Shown here piece by piece: positions 63,080 through 64,000 of a DNA stretch of 64,000 nt. A program made the position numbers and the translations under genes. Positions within the stretch are counted from its first letter, which is position 1; each line of letters starts with the position of its first letter. Origin of the DNA: Gemmatimonadaceae bacterium (lineage in GTDB: Bacteria > Gemmatimonadota > Gemmatimonadetes > Gemmatimonadales > Gemmatimonadaceae); contig JBGAJQ010000018.1 in the NCBI GenBank assembly GCA_044224875.1, positions 1 to 64,000 on the forward strand, in the 5' to 3' direction. Below the pieces are notes generated by a model. That model saw only the letters and a list, made by a program, of their open reading frames with translations. It had not been told where the DNA came from and did not search any database.

Positions 63080-63127
63080 CGCGGCTTGGTGGCGTCCTCG
63101 GACGCCATCGACCTCGTCGCTTCACCA

Positions 63128-63207
63128 TCACGCACGTGTTCTGAGCGGTCCAGGGTGCCGGCCAAGCCGGTTGAGGACAGCGACGAAGAACGCGGACGAT
63201 CCAACCC
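63128..63207 (+). ncRNA. rpsB (S2/t44-type) leader RNA
   Basis: CACGCAC-GTGTTC…GGGTGCC…GAACGCGG…AACCC reproduces, from memory, the conserved t44 elements directly upstream of rpsB. Confidence 0.72.
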
Positions 63208-63226
63208 AACACAGGTACAACAACAC

Positions 63227-64000
63227 ATGTCAGTATCCCTGGAGCAACTCCTCGAAGCCGGCGTTCACTTTGGCCACCAGACCCGACGGTGGAATCCGAA
63301 GATGCGCCGGTTCATTTTTGCCGAGCGTAACGGCATCCACATCATCGATCTGCAGAAGACCCTCCGGCAGATCGAACTCGCACAAAAACTGGTCCGCGAT
63401 GTGCTGATGCGCGGCGACAACGTCCTCTTCGTCTGCACCAAGCGCCAACTCGCGGCGATCGTGCAAGGCGAGGCGTCCCGCAGTGGGGCGATGTACGTGA
63501 CGGAGCGCTGGTTAGGCGGCCTGTTGACCAACTTCCAGACCATCAAGCGGCAGACAAAGCGGCTGAAGGAACTCGAGGCGGGCAGCGAGGCGGGCGGCGA
63601 ATTCGAGAACTACACGAAGAAGGAGCAGCTGCTCCTCTCGCGGCAACGCGACAAGCTCTCGAAGAACCTGCAAGGCATCAAGAACATGACGCGCTTGCCT
63701 GGGCTCCTCTTCATTGTCGATGCACGCAAGGAGCGTATCGCCGTCAGTGAGGCCAACAAGCTCGGCATTCCAATCGTAGCCATCTGCGATACCAATTCGG
63801 ATCCGGACCTCATCACGGTACCGATCGCGGGGAATGACGACGCGATCCGGTCCGTGGAGTTGATCACGCACGTGTTGGCTGAGTCCATCCTCGAAGGGCG
63901 TCGTGAGGCACCGGTGCGCTCGCACGAGGAGGAAGGCGAAGAAAGCACGTACAGCAGCGATCGCGGGCTGGAGCCGGCTGCCGCGAGCGATGAGGACCGC
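63227..64000 (+). CDS. rpsB: 30S ribosomal protein S2 (3' end outside window; absent from ORF track)
   Basis: MSVSLEQLLEAGVHFGHQTRRWNPKM…RWLGGLLTNF…DTNSDPD…GNDDAIRS. Confidence 0.97.
   Translation, partial: MSVSLEQLLEAGVHFGHQTRRWNPKMRRFIFAERNGIHIIDLQKTLRQIELAQKLVRDVLMRGDNVLFVCTKRQLAAIVQGEASRSGAMYVTERWLGGLLTNFQTIKRQTKRLKELEAGSEAGGEFENYTKKEQLLLSRQRDKLSKNLQGIKNMTRLPGLLFIVDARKERIAVSEANKLGIPIVAICDTNSDPDLITVPIAGNDDAIRSVELITHVLAESILEGRREAPVRSHEEEGEESTYSSDRGLEPAAASDEDR

Noticed and set aside
9..63517. GTTAGGC/GCCTAAC as integron attC core sites (GTTRRRY)
   Set aside because: Copies lie inside essential genes, are not paired as inverse-core/core around imperfect palindromes, do not flank cassettes, and no integrase is present.
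1..64000. CRISPR array, IS elements, rRNA
   Set aside because: No regularly spaced direct repeats, transposase ORFs or rRNA sequence were seen.

Overview
High-GC (~65%, estimated by eye) bacterial chromosomal segment; gene content, gene order and a SusC/SusD pair outside Bacteroidota suggest Gemmatimonadota (inference). It is mostly housekeeping. In order: pta (5'-truncated), an RsbV/RsbW/RsbU-like partner-switching trio, rsmA, rex divergent from arcA, infC-rpmI-rplT, pheST, zapA, a candidate 6S RNA, rny, folD, xseAB, ispA, dxs, nadK and recN. Then a GH125-like gene with galK, tRNA-Gly and tRNA-Leu(UAA), and an accessory hydrolase block (GH20, class III aminotransferase, PIG-L, two AbgB-like paralogs). 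Then a degenerate [FeFe]-hydrogenase-like gene, a dap/lysine cluster, aroA-cmk-rpsA, a split acyl-CoA carboxylase, susCD, a hybrid kinase and rplM-rpsI-rpsB (3'-truncated). No mobile element, prophage or CRISPR array was seen. The strongest unexplained signal is a dispersed non-palindromic motif, CGTTAGG(Y). I found at least 35 copies by eye, on both strands and in five of six codon phases, often written with rare TTA/AGG/CTA codons even in rpsA. This resembles a genome-wide DNA signal (uptake-sequence- or HIP1-like). Also seen: a perfect Rex operator, L20- and S2-type ribosomal leader RNAs, and several indels (xseA, GH20 3' end, susC) that may be assembly errors.
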